DNA from: Deltaproteobacteria bacterium
GTDB taxonomy: Bacteria; Desulfobacterota; Desulfomonilia; UBA1062
Reading direction: 5' to 3'
Assembly (NCBI GenBank): GCA_015486075.1
Contig: WFSG01000012.1
Span: 21,096 to 85,095, forward strand
Length of the DNA stretch: 64,000 bases
Below, in pieces: positions 20,643 through 30,402 of this stretch (the first letter of the stretch is position 1; every line of letters begins with the position of its first letter). The notes under the pieces were generated by a model, which had not been told where the DNA came from, did no database searches, and worked only from the letters and a program-made list of their open reading frames with translations. A program made the translations under genes and the position numbers.

Positions 20643-20936
20643 GTATTACCGTGATTATACCTGCCTATATGCCTATACATTATGACTTTTCGATGTAAAT
20701 GTATATTTATGAAAAAGTACACGTTGTCCGATGTGTTATGAATCTTTAAATATACAAGGGGAGGCGCAAGGATATAAAAGGTTATGATTGCGATAGGGTG
20801 TGAATTGCGAGTATCCGGTGATAAGAAGGTCTGGCATGGAGATGGACCTTATGCGTAAGGCCCGTTAGCTAGATGCAACTTATGGTTCATTTTTTATGTC
20901 TTGGCCGCTATAAAAAGGCGATGGAGGTTTTTTGGT

Positions 20937-21980
20937 ATGTTTATTACAGAGTACACGGATACAGTTGAACAATCAGGAGAATACCTGAGGCTTGCCCTTG
21001 ATTACATGGGACAGTTTAGTATACCGGTTGACCCTATCAATTACACGGTATGGTACGAGTACGTCTCGGGCAGGAACGAGAGTTTAAAGGGGGAGATAGA
21101 CAGATTCCTAAAGCATCCCGAGAGGTTTACGGTCAAGGTATGCAAGGAACTTTTCAGGCGCTATATTGCAGAAGGTCAGGGCGTGGCCGTGGAAGAGATG
21201 CGTCAGGAAATCAGGAGAATCATAGCTGAGATACTTAAGCACATAATGGATGCCGGTGGAGAGGTGTCGCGCTACGGGGAGGTCCTGGAGACATATGCAG
21301 ATGAACTCGTGGACAACCTTGATGCTGATGAGATACGTAACATCGTGGATAGGATAATACTTGAGACAAAGTCCATGGAAGAATCGGGCGAGGTCCTGAA
21401 AAAGCGCCTTATGGCCACGACTCAGGAGGTTGAGGCACTGAGGAAAGACCTGGAGAAGGTGAGAAAGGAGGCTACCACGGACACGCTAACAGGCCTTGCA
21501 AACAGGAGATACTTTGAAGAGGTCCTGGAAAGAGAGGCGAACGAGGCATCAGGATCGGGTAAAGACCTCTGCCTTATCATGGCTGACATAGACAATTTCA
21601 AACACGTAAACGACACCTATGGACATCTGGTTGGAGACAAGGTGCTGAAGGTAACCGCGTCCATGATAAAAGATTCCGTCAAGGGCAGGGATTTTGTTGC
21701 GCGCTATGGGGGAGAGGAGTTTGTAATAGTACTATCTGATACCCCAATCCAGGGTGCGAAGATAGTTGCTGACAAGATGCGTGAATATTTTGAATCCACC
21801 AGGATGAAGAGAAAGGATACCGGTGAATTCATAGGTAAAGTTACCCTATCCTTCGGCGTCGCCAGATACAGGCATGGTGAGTCTGTGGATGAACTTATTC
21901 AAAGGGCAGATAGGGCCCTGTATGTTTCGAAGAACAGGGGTCGTAACTGCGTTACAACAGAGGATGCACTGCTCAGCTAA
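20937..21980 (+). CDS. Diguanylate cyclase (GGDEF), VdcA-like
   Basis: N-terminal PINYTVWYEYV; DTLTGLANRR, DIDNFKHVNDTYGH, RYGGEEF; GGAGG RBS before ATG 20937. Confidence 0.93.
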   Translation: MFITEYTDTVEQSGEYLRLALDYMGQFSIPVDPINYTVWYEYVSGRNESLKGEIDRFLKHPERFTVKVCKELFRRYIAEGQGVAVEEMRQEIRRIIAEILKHIMDAGGEVSRYGEVLETYADELVDNLDADEIRNIVDRIILETKSMEESGEVLKKRLMATTQEVEALRKDLEKVRKEATTDTLTGLANRRYFEEVLEREANEASGSGKDLCLIMADIDNFKHVNDTYGHLVGDKVLKVTASMIKDSVKGRDFVARYGGEEFVIVLSDTPIQGAKIVADKMREYFESTRMKRKDTGEFIGKVTLSFGVARYRHGESVDELIQRADRALYVSKNRGRNCVTTEDALLS

Positions 21981-22077
21981 TCTACATTGGCTTGCCTTAC
22001 AGTAACCCGGGGACATCCATTCAACCTTGACTGGGCTCAGGATCCAGTGGTACTTAGCTTTTCCATGGTGATGTTCC

Positions 22078-22428
22078 ATGCATGAGCTCCCTGTGACCGA
22101 GAGCATATTAAATGTAGTACTGAAGCATGCAAGGGCCAATGGCGTTAAAAAGGTTGTGGCAATACACCTCGAGATAGGGGAGTTGAGTGACTTGGAAAAC
22201 GAGTGGATACAGAGATACTTCGATTATCTTAGCAAGAATACCCTTGCAGAGGGCGCCAAGCTCAAGATAAAGAGGACCCCTGTTGTAATGGAGTGCAGAT
22301 CGTGTGAGACAAGATTCAAGGTGAACATAAAGGACATGTTCGAGATAAAGTGTCCCAAGTGCGGTTCTTCTGACTGCACTATGGTCTCCGGTAAGGAATA
22401 CTACATAAAGAGCATGGAGGCAGTATGA
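22078..22428 (+). CDS. hypA: Hydrogenase nickel metallochaperone HypA
   Basis: MHEL N-terminus, two CxxC motifs, SGKE. Confidence 0.97.
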   Translation: MHELPVTESILNVVLKHARANGVKKVVAIHLEIGELSDLENEWIQRYFDYLSKNTLAEGAKLKIKRTPVVMECRSCETRFKVNIKDMFEIKCPKCGSSDCTMVSGKEYYIKSMEAV

Positions 22429-23096
22429 TGGATGACATAAAACTTATAGAGGTGAAGGAGGAGATATTCTCTGATAACAAGCAGTTGGCAGACGGGCTCA
22501 GGCAAAGGCTCGCAAGGAACAAGACCTACCTTCTAAACGTAATGGCATCACCGGGTGCGGGCAAGACAAGCCTTATACTAAGGACCATAGACCTACTTAA
22601 GGATGACTTTAGTATAGGGGTAATCGAGGCTGACATAGATTCCATGGTAGACTCCAAGAAGGTTGCAACCCACGGTGTGAAAGCCGTGCAGATAAGGACA
22701 GGTGGCTTCTGCCACCTGGATGCGGCCATGGTTACAAAGGGTCTTGATGCAATGGATCTCGGGGGCCTAGATCTCATAATAATAGAAAACGTGGGCAACC
22801 TTGTTTGCCCCGCGGAATTTGATACCGGAGCAGTAAAGAATACCATGATACTAAGCGTACCAGAGGGTGACGACAAGCCTCTCAAATACCCCCTTATGTT
22901 CACTGTATCCCAGGCACTTATTGTAAACAAAGTTGACTACCTTAAGACAGAGGATTTTGACATGGAAGCGCTGAAGAATAGGGCACTGGGCCTGAATCCA
23001 GGACTTGATATCTTTGAGGTCTCGTGCAAGACAGGCCAGGGCATAGATAAATGGGTAGATTGGCTCCGTAAGGAGGTTAAGGCCTTTGTCACATAA
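22425..23096 (+). CDS. hypB: Hydrogenase nickel incorporation GTPase HypB
   Basis: SPGAGKT, CHLDA, ENVGNLVCPAEFD, EGDDKPLKYP, NKVD. Confidence 0.97.
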   Translation: MMDDIKLIEVKEEIFSDNKQLADGLRQRLARNKTYLLNVMASPGAGKTSLILRTIDLLKDDFSIGVIEADIDSMVDSKKVATHGVKAVQIRTGGFCHLDAAMVTKGLDAMDLGGLDLIIIENVGNLVCPAEFDTGAVKNTMILSVPEGDDKPLKYPLMFTVSQALIVNKVDYLKTEDFDMEALKNRALGLNPGLDIFEVSCKTGQGIDKWVDWLRKEVKAFVT

Positions 23097-23164
23097 AATT
23101 CTGCGTCTGTTGAGTACCTGTCGACACGTGTCCCACATACCAAGAAGAATGACATGCACTCTTG

Positions 23165-24622
23165 TCACGCCTCTTGGTCTATCGTTATCTCACCACGCTT
23201 CAAGCTATTATCGATATCAATGTTTAAAATGGCTGAGAATTCATTCTCAAGCCGTTCAACGTACTCTCTCTGGCGGTTCAATATATAAAGTGCCACATCA
23301 AGGGGCAGCTTGATATTCACGCTTTTTGATTTCTTCTTGTTTATAGTGTAGCGTATGTCTCTCAAAGCCATGAATGCAGCTGTCTCGACCGAGAGTATCA
23401 TGCCTGTTCCACCGCATAGGGGACAGGTTATGTGGCTCTTTTCCATGAGCGGTGGTGATAGTCTCTGCCTTGACAGCTCTAGTATACCGAACCTGGATAT
23501 CTTTCCAACCAGCACGTGAGCCCTATCGTTCTTCATGCCATCCTTCATGGCCTTCTCAACCGTGCGTATATTTTCCTTGCTGCGCATGTCTATGAAGTCG
23601 ACGGCTATGAGGCCACCCAGGTCCCTGAGTGCCAGCTGTCTTGATATTTCTGCGGCAGCCTCGAGGTTAGTCTTCAGGGCAGTCTCCTCTATGTCTCTAG
23701 ATTCGGTCAGTTGACCAGAGTTTACGTCTATGGTTACCATTGCCTCGGTAGGTTCTATCACTATTGAGCCACCTGACTTCAGCCTGACATCCCTGTTGTA
23801 TATCTGCCTTATCTGCTTCTCCAGGTCATACTTTGCGAATAAGGGCCGTGATTCCCTGTAAAGCTTTATGATCCTCTGGTATCTTGGCATGACCGACTTC
23901 ATGAAGAGCTTGGCCTTGGCAAAGGTCTCCTCGTCATCTATCAATATTTCCTTTATGTCAGGTGTAAAGTAATCCCTTATGGAGCGTGTTACTATGTCAC
24001 TTTCTTGGTATATCAGGCTCGGGACGGTTGCATCCCTTATCTCTTTCTCAATCTTGTTCCAAAGTCTAAGTAGGAAATTAAGATCTCTTAAAAGGATTGT
24101 TTTTGTTTTTCCCATTCCGGCTGTTCTAACTATGATGCCCATATTTTCGGGGACCTCAAGGCTGGTTATGATTTCTTTGATCCTTTTTCTCTGGCTTTCG
24201 TCTTCTATTTTCCTGGAGATGCCAGAGAGGTTGTGATCTGGCAACAGTACCATGTAGCGCCCGGGTATGGACAGATTCATGGTGAGCTGTGCGCCCTTTG
24301 ACCCGCTTTCCTCTCTGGTAACCTGTACAGGTATCTCCATGCCTTTTTTTATGTACCTTTTCCAGTTTTCAGTTTCCTTGAGACCCTCTATCATGGCTGG
24401 GTTCATGTCATTTATTGCCAGGAAACCATTCTTCTGCCTTCCGAAGTCAACAAAAACCGCATGCAGGGCCGGTTCCTTCCTTGCTATCCTTCCCTTGTAT
24501 ATGTTGCCCCTTAAGTATTCCTTTGTGGGGCTCTGTATGTTCAGTCCTTTGAGTATGCCATCTTCTACTACTGCCACCCTTATCTCCTCGGGATGGATAG
24601 CGTTTATCAGCATCTTTCTCAT
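23165..24622 (-). CDS. Rne/Rng-family ribonuclease (catalytic domain only)
   Basis: GNIYKG S1 domain, IDVNSG, TNLEAA, LRDLGGLIAVDFIDM, ISRFGILELSRQR, CPLCGGTG. Confidence 0.95.
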   Translation of the reverse strand: MRKMLINAIHPEEIRVAVVEDGILKGLNIQSPTKEYLRGNIYKGRIARKEPALHAVFVDFGRQKNGFLAINDMNPAMIEGLKETENWKRYIKKGMEIPVQVTREESGSKGAQLTMNLSIPGRYMVLLPDHNLSGISRKIEDESQRKRIKEIITSLEVPENMGIIVRTAGMGKTKTILLRDLNFLLRLWNKIEKEIRDATVPSLIYQESDIVTRSIRDYFTPDIKEILIDDEETFAKAKLFMKSVMPRYQRIIKLYRESRPLFAKYDLEKQIRQIYNRDVRLKSGGSIVIEPTEAMVTIDVNSGQLTESRDIEETALKTNLEAAAEISRQLALRDLGGLIAVDFIDMRSKENIRTVEKAMKDGMKNDRAHVLVGKISRFGILELSRQRLSPPLMEKSHITCPLCGGTGMILSVETAAFMALRDIRYTINKKKSKSVNIKLPLDVALYILNRQREYVERLENEFSAILNIDIDNSLKRGEITIDQEA

Positions 24623-24661
24623 ATGGTTTTTTCCTTTCTGTTTGCTTAAATTTTTTTACAT

Positions 24662-25264
24662 TTATTCTATCAGTGGGATCTTGCCGAGTCCCTCCCTTAT
24701 AATCTCCACGCTGTCGTCCTCCATGGAAATTACCGTTGAAGGCGCATCTGGTAGTATGCCTCCGTCCACTATCACATCTACCATGTGCCCCAGGTAGCGT
24801 TCTATCTCAAGCGGGTCGATATGGGACTCTACCTTTACTATGGGTATTGTGGTTGTTATGACTGGTTCTCCCAGTTCTGATACAAGAGTGGTACAGAACC
24901 AGTGATCAGGTATCCTTATTCCTATGGATTTCCTTTTTGACTGCAAGAGCCTTGGCACCTCTCTGGTGGCAGGTAATACTATTGTATACGGTCCTGGAAG
25001 GAGGTTACGTATCACCCTGTAGGCCATGTTGGATACCTTGGCATAGTGGCTTATGGACTTAAGGTCTGAGAGCATGATGCTTTTTGGCTTCTTGCTCTTC
25101 TTTATAGCGTTGATCTTCCCTATACCCTTTATGTTCGATATGCTGCAGCCTAGGCCGTAGACCGTATCAGTAGGATATACAATGATTCCACCTGAAGATA
25201 ATATATCTGCTACTTTTTTAGCTGTCCTGGGCTTGGGCTTTAATGGGTCAATGATAATGCGCAA
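24662..25264 (-). CDS. Sua5/YciO/YrdC-family L-threonylcarbamoyladenylate synthase
   Basis: IVYPTDTVYGLGC, LPGPYTIVL, IGIRIPDH, PSTVI, REGLG. Confidence 0.92.
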   Translation of the reverse strand: MRIIIDPLKPKPRTAKKVADILSSGGIIVYPTDTVYGLGCSISNIKGIGKINAIKKSKKPKSIMLSDLKSISHYAKVSNMAYRVIRNLLPGPYTIVLPATREVPRLLQSKRKSIGIRIPDHWFCTTLVSELGEPVITTTIPIVKVESHIDPLEIERYLGHMVDVIVDGGILPDAPSTVISMEDDSVEIIREGLGKIPLIE

Positions 25265-26027
25265 GCGTGTTCTCCTTCAGGCACAAACTTTTACCGTCTA
25301 TGTTCCCAAGAGATGCGAATACGGAATATCTGAGGCTTGGTATATCCTTCTCCATGGTTTCCAGATATTGCCTCACCAGTTCCCTCTTGCTGTCCGGCCT
25401 TAAGGGACAGTTGATTTTGACTGCATCTACGTTCATGAACGAGTAGTAAGACTGTACAAGCTCCTTCGTGCAGTAGGCTAAGGGCCTTATTACACGATTT
25501 CTACCATCGTTTGACACCCTGGAAGGAGCCATGGCACCGATTTGGCCGGTGTATAGTATCCTTAAGAAGAATGTCTCCACTATGTCATCCATGTGGTGGC
25601 CCAGTGCAATGGACGAGATACCCATGCTGGATGCAATATGATACAGCACTCCCCTTCTCAGCCTTGAGCACAGGCCACAGGGACTTTTTGACGGGTTTGA
25701 TGACTGTTCGAGTATACGTGATATATGTGTCTGTACAACTTTAATATCAAGCCCTAGGCTGATCCTGGACCACGATGCTATCCCATCGAAACCCGACTCA
25801 AAACCCGTATCCAGATGCACGGGGATTATCTCGAATTGCACAGGAGATGCTACCTTCAAGTCGTGCAGAAGCTTGAGTAATACAATGGAATCTACACCCC
25901 CTGATACTGCAACTAGTACCTTGTCTCCAGGGTGTATCATCATGTAGTCCTTTATGGCAGTACCAACTTTTTTCCTGATCTTCTTTTCGATGAAACGTCT
26001 CTTGCTATGGCTCACAGGCCAATTCAT
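25248..26027 (-). CDS. ttcA: tRNA 2-thiocytidine biosynthesis protein TtcA-like
   Basis: PP-loop VSGGVDS, PCGLCSRLRRGVLY, ALGHHMDDIVET, IRPLAY. Confidence 0.88.
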   Translation of the reverse strand: MNWPVSHSKRRFIEKKIRKKVGTAIKDYMMIHPGDKVLVAVSGGVDSIVLLKLLHDLKVASPVQFEIIPVHLDTGFESGFDGIASWSRISLGLDIKVVQTHISRILEQSSNPSKSPCGLCSRLRRGVLYHIASSMGISSIALGHHMDDIVETFFLRILYTGQIGAMAPSRVSNDGRNRVIRPLAYCTKELVQSYYSFMNVDAVKINCPLRPDSKRELVRQYLETMEKDIPSLRYSVFASLGNIDGKSLCLKENTLAHYH

Positions 26028-26089
26028 AACATAATTGCATAGGTCTGTACTATATCAAAAATACAGCCATCCAGGGGCAATATTACTGG

Positions 26090-27019
26090 TTACTGCTGAT
26101 TGTATTTTTTGATCCATTCTTTGGCCATGATCCCTGCTTCTTTCATGTCAACGAAGGTACATCTGGGGCTGTTGGCCCTGAACCAGGTGATCTGCCTCTT
26201 TGCAAAGTGCCTTGTGTCACGTTGTATCAGCTGTATCATCCTGTCCAGGGAGACCTTTGAGTGCATGTATGATATGACGTGTCTGTAAGTGAAATTCTTG
26301 AGCGAAGGCAACTCTGGCGAGTATCCCATGTCTAAGACCCTCTCAGTCTCCCTCACTAGGCCCTTGTCTACCATTGAGGCCACCCTGCTATTTATATTGT
26401 TGTAGAGAGTGTCCCTGTCAGGGACAATACAGACAATGTGGGCTGGAATTACTGGCCTGGAAAATGAGTGAGGCGCGTGTATGTCAGATGGTCTTTTGCC
26501 CGTTATAAATATGATCTCTAATGCCCTCGCTATCTTTGAACGATCGCCTTGAGTTATGCTTGATGCATACGAGGGGTCCATCCTTTTTAACATGTTGTAC
26601 ATGTATTCTTTGCCCCGCTTTTGGATTATCTTACTAAGAAAATACCTTATGTCTTTCGATGGCTTTGGGACATTGCTCAGTCCGTAAACGAGGGCCTTTA
26701 TGTAAAGGCCTGTACCTCCAACCACCAATGGTATATGCGAGATGGATTCTACGTCTACAAGCGCCTTCTTTGCCTCTTGTACAAACATGCCTGCATTAAA
26801 TTCCTGGTCAGGGTCCACAATGTCTACAAGGTGGTGTTTTAGAAAGGCTCTTTCATGCAGGCTTGGTTTTGCCGTGCCTATGTCTAGGTGCCTGTAAACC
26901 TGCATGGAATCTGCTGATATCACCTCGATAGGGTAATCTTTTGCAAGCTTAAAGGCAAGGCGGGTCTTTCCCGAGCACGTAGGTCCGGTGATTATAATCA
27001 GGGGCGTCTTGCTAGCCAT
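26090..27019 (-). CDS. miaA: tRNA dimethylallyltransferase
   Basis: GPTCSGKT, SADSMQVY, DIGTAKP, VGGTGLY, FAKRQITWFR. Confidence 0.97.
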   Translation of the reverse strand: MASKTPLIIITGPTCSGKTRLAFKLAKDYPIEVISADSMQVYRHLDIGTAKPSLHERAFLKHHLVDIVDPDQEFNAGMFVQEAKKALVDVESISHIPLVVGGTGLYIKALVYGLSNVPKPSKDIRYFLSKIIQKRGKEYMYNMLKRMDPSYASSITQGDRSKIARALEIIFITGKRPSDIHAPHSFSRPVIPAHIVCIVPDRDTLYNNINSRVASMVDKGLVRETERVLDMGYSPELPSLKNFTYRHVISYMHSKVSLDRMIQLIQRDTRHFAKRQITWFRANSPRCTFVDMKEAGIMAKEWIKKYNQQ

Positions 27020-28710
27020 CTTTCTATTTCCTCAATGCCTATCTTCTTGTACAATGGCCTGCCATGCGGACAGGACCTGGGGGAACCTACTTCGTCGAGA
27101 TCCTCAAGGAGCGCTATTATCTGTGTCTCGTCAAGCTTTTTACCCGCGGTTATACTGCGGTGACATGCAATGGTAGCGATTATATCATCCAGATGATCCA
27201 CGGTATCATGGGTTCCATCCATTACCTTGTTTATTATGTCCAGGATAATGGAGTTTACATCTGCGGAGGAGAGCATGCTAGGTATAGCCCTTACTGCTAT
27301 TGTTGTGCCACCAAAAGGCTCAAGCTCAATGCCTGCCCTTAATACTAGGGGCATGATTTTCTCAATTACTCTGTATTCATCTGGTCCCAATTCTATGAGC
27401 ACTGGTTCTATAAGCAGCTGCGATTCTGGGGAGCCTGACGAGATGGCCGTCTTGAGCCTTTCGTAGTTTACCCTTTCATGGGATGCATGCTGGTCAAGTA
27501 TGTACAAGGCATCTCTGTCCTGGAGAAGTATGTAAGTGGAATGAAGCACACCTATAACCTTCTTAGAGGAGTAGAATCCACCGGCCACACCTGTTAGCCT
27601 TGACTGCCTTGGCCAGGTCTTATGTAGCTTACCCATTCCGTAGGTGACCATTGGCTCGGATACTTCGGTTGCAGAATAGGTTGGTTCATCCTGCGGGTTA
27701 AGCTCCCTAGGCCTGTCCCATGGGTAGTCTGCAAGCGTTTTCTTTATGGTCGATGCCACCATGCCAAATACCGCCGAAGGATTCCTGAACCTTATCTGGG
27801 TCTTGGTGGGATGCACGTTTACATCTACCTCTGAAGGATCAATATCCACGAAGAGTACGATGCATGGGTATCTTTTCTTTACGAGATGTCCCCTGAAACC
27901 TTCCATGATGGCACTCGTAAGCACGCGATCTTTGACGTGACGGCCATTTACAAAAGTGTACATGTAAACCCTTGTAGCGCGTGCCATGTCAGGAGAGGCA
28001 ACTATGGCCCTCAAGCTTATACCTGCACGTTTCACGTGCACGAGGTGCAGTCTTTTTCTGAATGCACTACCAAGTACGGCCGTTGCCCTTGCAAGATGTT
28101 CTTTTTCGGGTAAAAGCTTCAATATATCCCTGCCCTTGGCCTTCAAGCTGAACCTTATGCCTGGGTAGCACAGGGCATAGGTCGAGATTACCTCTATAAC
28201 CTTTCTCTGTTCAGTTGCCGGTGTCTTGAGGAATTTCTTTCTTGCTGGTGTATTGAAGAAAAGATCATTTACCTCTACTATCGTGCCCCTTGGCTGTGCC
28301 GCTGCCCCGGTTTCTACTATGTCACCAGCCTCTGTACGTATAAAGCAACCAGCGCTTGCACCATCAATCCTCGTGGATATCCTGGTCCTGCTTACGGACA
28401 CAATGCTTGATAGTGCCTCTCCCCTGAAACCTAGCGTTGAGATGGATGCAAGTTCGTTCGACGACTGTATCTTACTAGTGGTATGGCTGAGTACAGATAG
28501 CCTAAGGTCATCCTCTTCCATCCCGCAGCCATTGTCAGATATGCGTATGTAGGCTTCTGGGGTGCTCCCTATTTCCACCGATATCTCGTCTGCGCCGGCA
28601 TCTATTGCATTCTCCAAAAGTTCCTTTACCACGGATGCAGGTCTCTCTATTACCTCGCCTGCTGCAATGTGCTCTATGGTCTCCCTTGATAAGATCCTTA
28701 TCCTTGCCAA
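26998..28710 (-). CDS. mutL: DNA mismatch repair protein MutL
   Basis: IAAGEVIERPASVVKELLEN, GFRGEAL, VDVNVHP, DQHASHER, CPHGRP. Confidence 0.98.
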   Translation of the reverse strand: MARIRILSRETIEHIAAGEVIERPASVVKELLENAIDAGADEISVEIGSTPEAYIRISDNGCGMEEDDLRLSVLSHTTSKIQSSNELASISTLGFRGEALSSIVSVSRTRISTRIDGASAGCFIRTEAGDIVETGAAAQPRGTIVEVNDLFFNTPARKKFLKTPATEQRKVIEVISTYALCYPGIRFSLKAKGRDILKLLPEKEHLARATAVLGSAFRKRLHLVHVKRAGISLRAIVASPDMARATRVYMYTFVNGRHVKDRVLTSAIMEGFRGHLVKKRYPCIVLFVDIDPSEVDVNVHPTKTQIRFRNPSAVFGMVASTIKKTLADYPWDRPRELNPQDEPTYSATEVSEPMVTYGMGKLHKTWPRQSRLTGVAGGFYSSKKVIGVLHSTYILLQDRDALYILDQHASHERVNYERLKTAISSGSPESQLLIEPVLIELGPDEYRVIEKIMPLVLRAGIELEPFGGTTIAVRAIPSMLSSADVNSIILDIINKVMDGTHDTVDHLDDIIATIACHRSITAGKKLDETQIIALLEDLDEVGSPRSCPHGRPLYKKIGIEEIERWLARRP

Positions 28711-28711
28711 T

Positions 28712-30091
28712 TTAGATCTCTATGTTCATCCCTGGTATGGTCTTGAGCTTACTTTCTATACTCTCACTCAGGTCTAGAAATCCATGTCTTCCCATGAGTG
28801 CAAAGGTAAACTTCTTGCCCAGCTCAACACCTGGCTGGTCAAAGGGGTTGATCTTTAGGATGTAGCCCATGAAGGCAGTTGCGGCCTCAAAGAACATGAA
28901 CAATGCACCTACGGTTTCCTCATCAATTGTATCTAGGGATATGTGCGTAGTCATCCTGCCAGCGTCTATCAAGGATGCAATGGTTGCCCTTGCCTCTGCC
29001 TTGATGAGGTCGGATACGGGTCTTGATGCTAGGTATGAAAACTCATCTATCCCGTCCAGCACATCGGGTATGATGGTATCAGCCCTGTACCGGTCAACAG
29101 TCATTATGTTTATTATCTTATCAAATGGTCCTTCCCTGTAGAGTTGAACCTGGGAATGTTGGTCTGTTGCGCCTAGCGCCTTTACCGGGGTCTGTCCGGT
29201 GAAAACCTCCCTGGAATCAATGGAATACCTCTTGCCAAGGCTCTCTGCCCATAGTTGTCTGTACCAGTCCGCGATGTCGTAGAGTGCATTTGAATATGGC
29301 ATGAGTACTGATACGTTTGCCCCTCTTTTTAGTGCCAGGAAATGTATGCAACAGTACAGATAGGCAGGGTTTTTAAATACATCATCCTGGGTGATGATAT
29401 CTCTCATCTTCTTTGCGCCCTCAAGCAAGAGTTTTGTATTGAGCCCGCACATAGCTGCCGGGAACAGGCCCACAGGTGTGAGCACACTGAACCTACCTCC
29501 TACTTCGGAAGGTATGGATAGAGCCCTGATGCCGAGCTCGTATGCCAATTGCCTTAATATCCCCCTTTCAGGGTCTGTGATGAACACGAGGTGGTCCTTG
29601 TAGGCATCCGAGAGCCTCTCTTTCATAAGCCCTAACGCAGTCATAAACTGGGATGCTGTTTCGGCGGTCGCACCTGACTTGCTTACAACAACGAAAAGGG
29701 TATCTTTAAGAGAGAGCATGCCAAAGAGTGAGGCCATGTATTCTGGATCAACGTTGTCCAGGAAGAACATCCTTGGGCTTGAGGTGTAATTGTGAAGCGG
29801 GTTTTTAAGTGCGGAAAAGATGGCCTTTGGGCCTAGCGACGAGCCGCCGATACCTATGTGTACTATGTCTTTGAAGTGGCCCATGAGACCGGATGCCATG
29901 GCATCTGTGTCTTCGACCATGCCGGACCTTTCAGGTAGATCATAAAAGATGACATCGCCCTTTTTCCTGGCGGCCATGAGTAATGCATGTGCTTTCTCAG
30001 TAAGAGGTCTTAGGGACTCTATATCCTCCCTTGTTATACCGGCCTGGCCTATGATCTCCTTTGTAGTTCCCGAGAAATCAAAACGTATCAT
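28712..30091 (-). CDS. pgi: Glucose-6-phosphate isomerase
   Basis: IGIGGSSLG, SKSGATAET, VGGRFSVL, QLWAESLGK, DQHSQVQL, FDQPGVELGK. Confidence 0.97.
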   Translation of the reverse strand: MIRFDFSGTTKEIIGQAGITREDIESLRPLTEKAHALLMAARKKGDVIFYDLPERSGMVEDTDAMASGLMGHFKDIVHIGIGGSSLGPKAIFSALKNPLHNYTSSPRMFFLDNVDPEYMASLFGMLSLKDTLFVVVSKSGATAETASQFMTALGLMKERLSDAYKDHLVFITDPERGILRQLAYELGIRALSIPSEVGGRFSVLTPVGLFPAAMCGLNTKLLLEGAKKMRDIITQDDVFKNPAYLYCCIHFLALKRGANVSVLMPYSNALYDIADWYRQLWAESLGKRYSIDSREVFTGQTPVKALGATDQHSQVQLYREGPFDKIINIMTVDRYRADTIIPDVLDGIDEFSYLASRPVSDLIKAEARATIASLIDAGRMTTHISLDTIDEETVGALFMFFEAATAFMGYILKINPFDQPGVELGKKFTFALMGRHGFLDLSESIESKLKTIPGMNIEI

Positions 30092-30219
30092 ATTATCCCC
30101 CTGTGCTCAAGCTAGATATTATATCGTAACTATAGCTCCCATCTTCAGGCCAGGACATGTGTAAACTTTCATCCTTTCTTTGTGGACTTACCTTATGCAC
30201 GCTACCGTTGATCGTTTTT

Positions 30220-30270
30220 GCCCTGGGCCTTGAACCCTATACCACTGTACCTTGCATTCTATAACCCTAT
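30220..30270 (-). repeat. Degenerate heptamer repeat (same family as 3002, reverse orientation)
   Basis: Plus strand gccctgg gccttga accctat accactgt accttgc attctat aaccctat = reverse complement of NNA(A/G)GG(C/T)-type units. Confidence 0.4.
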
Positions 30271-30329
30271 ATTTATCCTATTCGACTGTCAACCAGTGTT
30301 CATACTTGGCCCGTGAGTTGAAGAATTAC

Positions 30330-30384
30330 TTGACAATCGATAAGATGCTTGCTATTTTTATAAAGCTTAAAGTTCAACTTAAAG
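30330..30384 (+). promoter_or_regulatory. Sigma70 promoter and downstream operator-like palindrome for fadH
   Basis: TTGACA(30330)-17 bp-TATTTT(30353); imperfect palindrome cttaaagttcaacttaaag at 30366-30384 just before the RBS. Confidence 0.55.
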
Positions 30385-30402
30385 ATAGGAGAGGATTCAC
30401 AC

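Noticed and set aside
20643..20936. c-di-GMP riboswitch or sigma54 promoter upstream of the diguanylate cyclase
   Set aside because: No GEMM-type GGCAAA/GAAA/GCAAAG pattern, and tggcat is not followed by TTGC at the required spacing.
26028..26089. hfq expected downstream of mutL-miaA
   Set aside because: The gap is only about 60 bp with no ORF; hfq is simply absent here.
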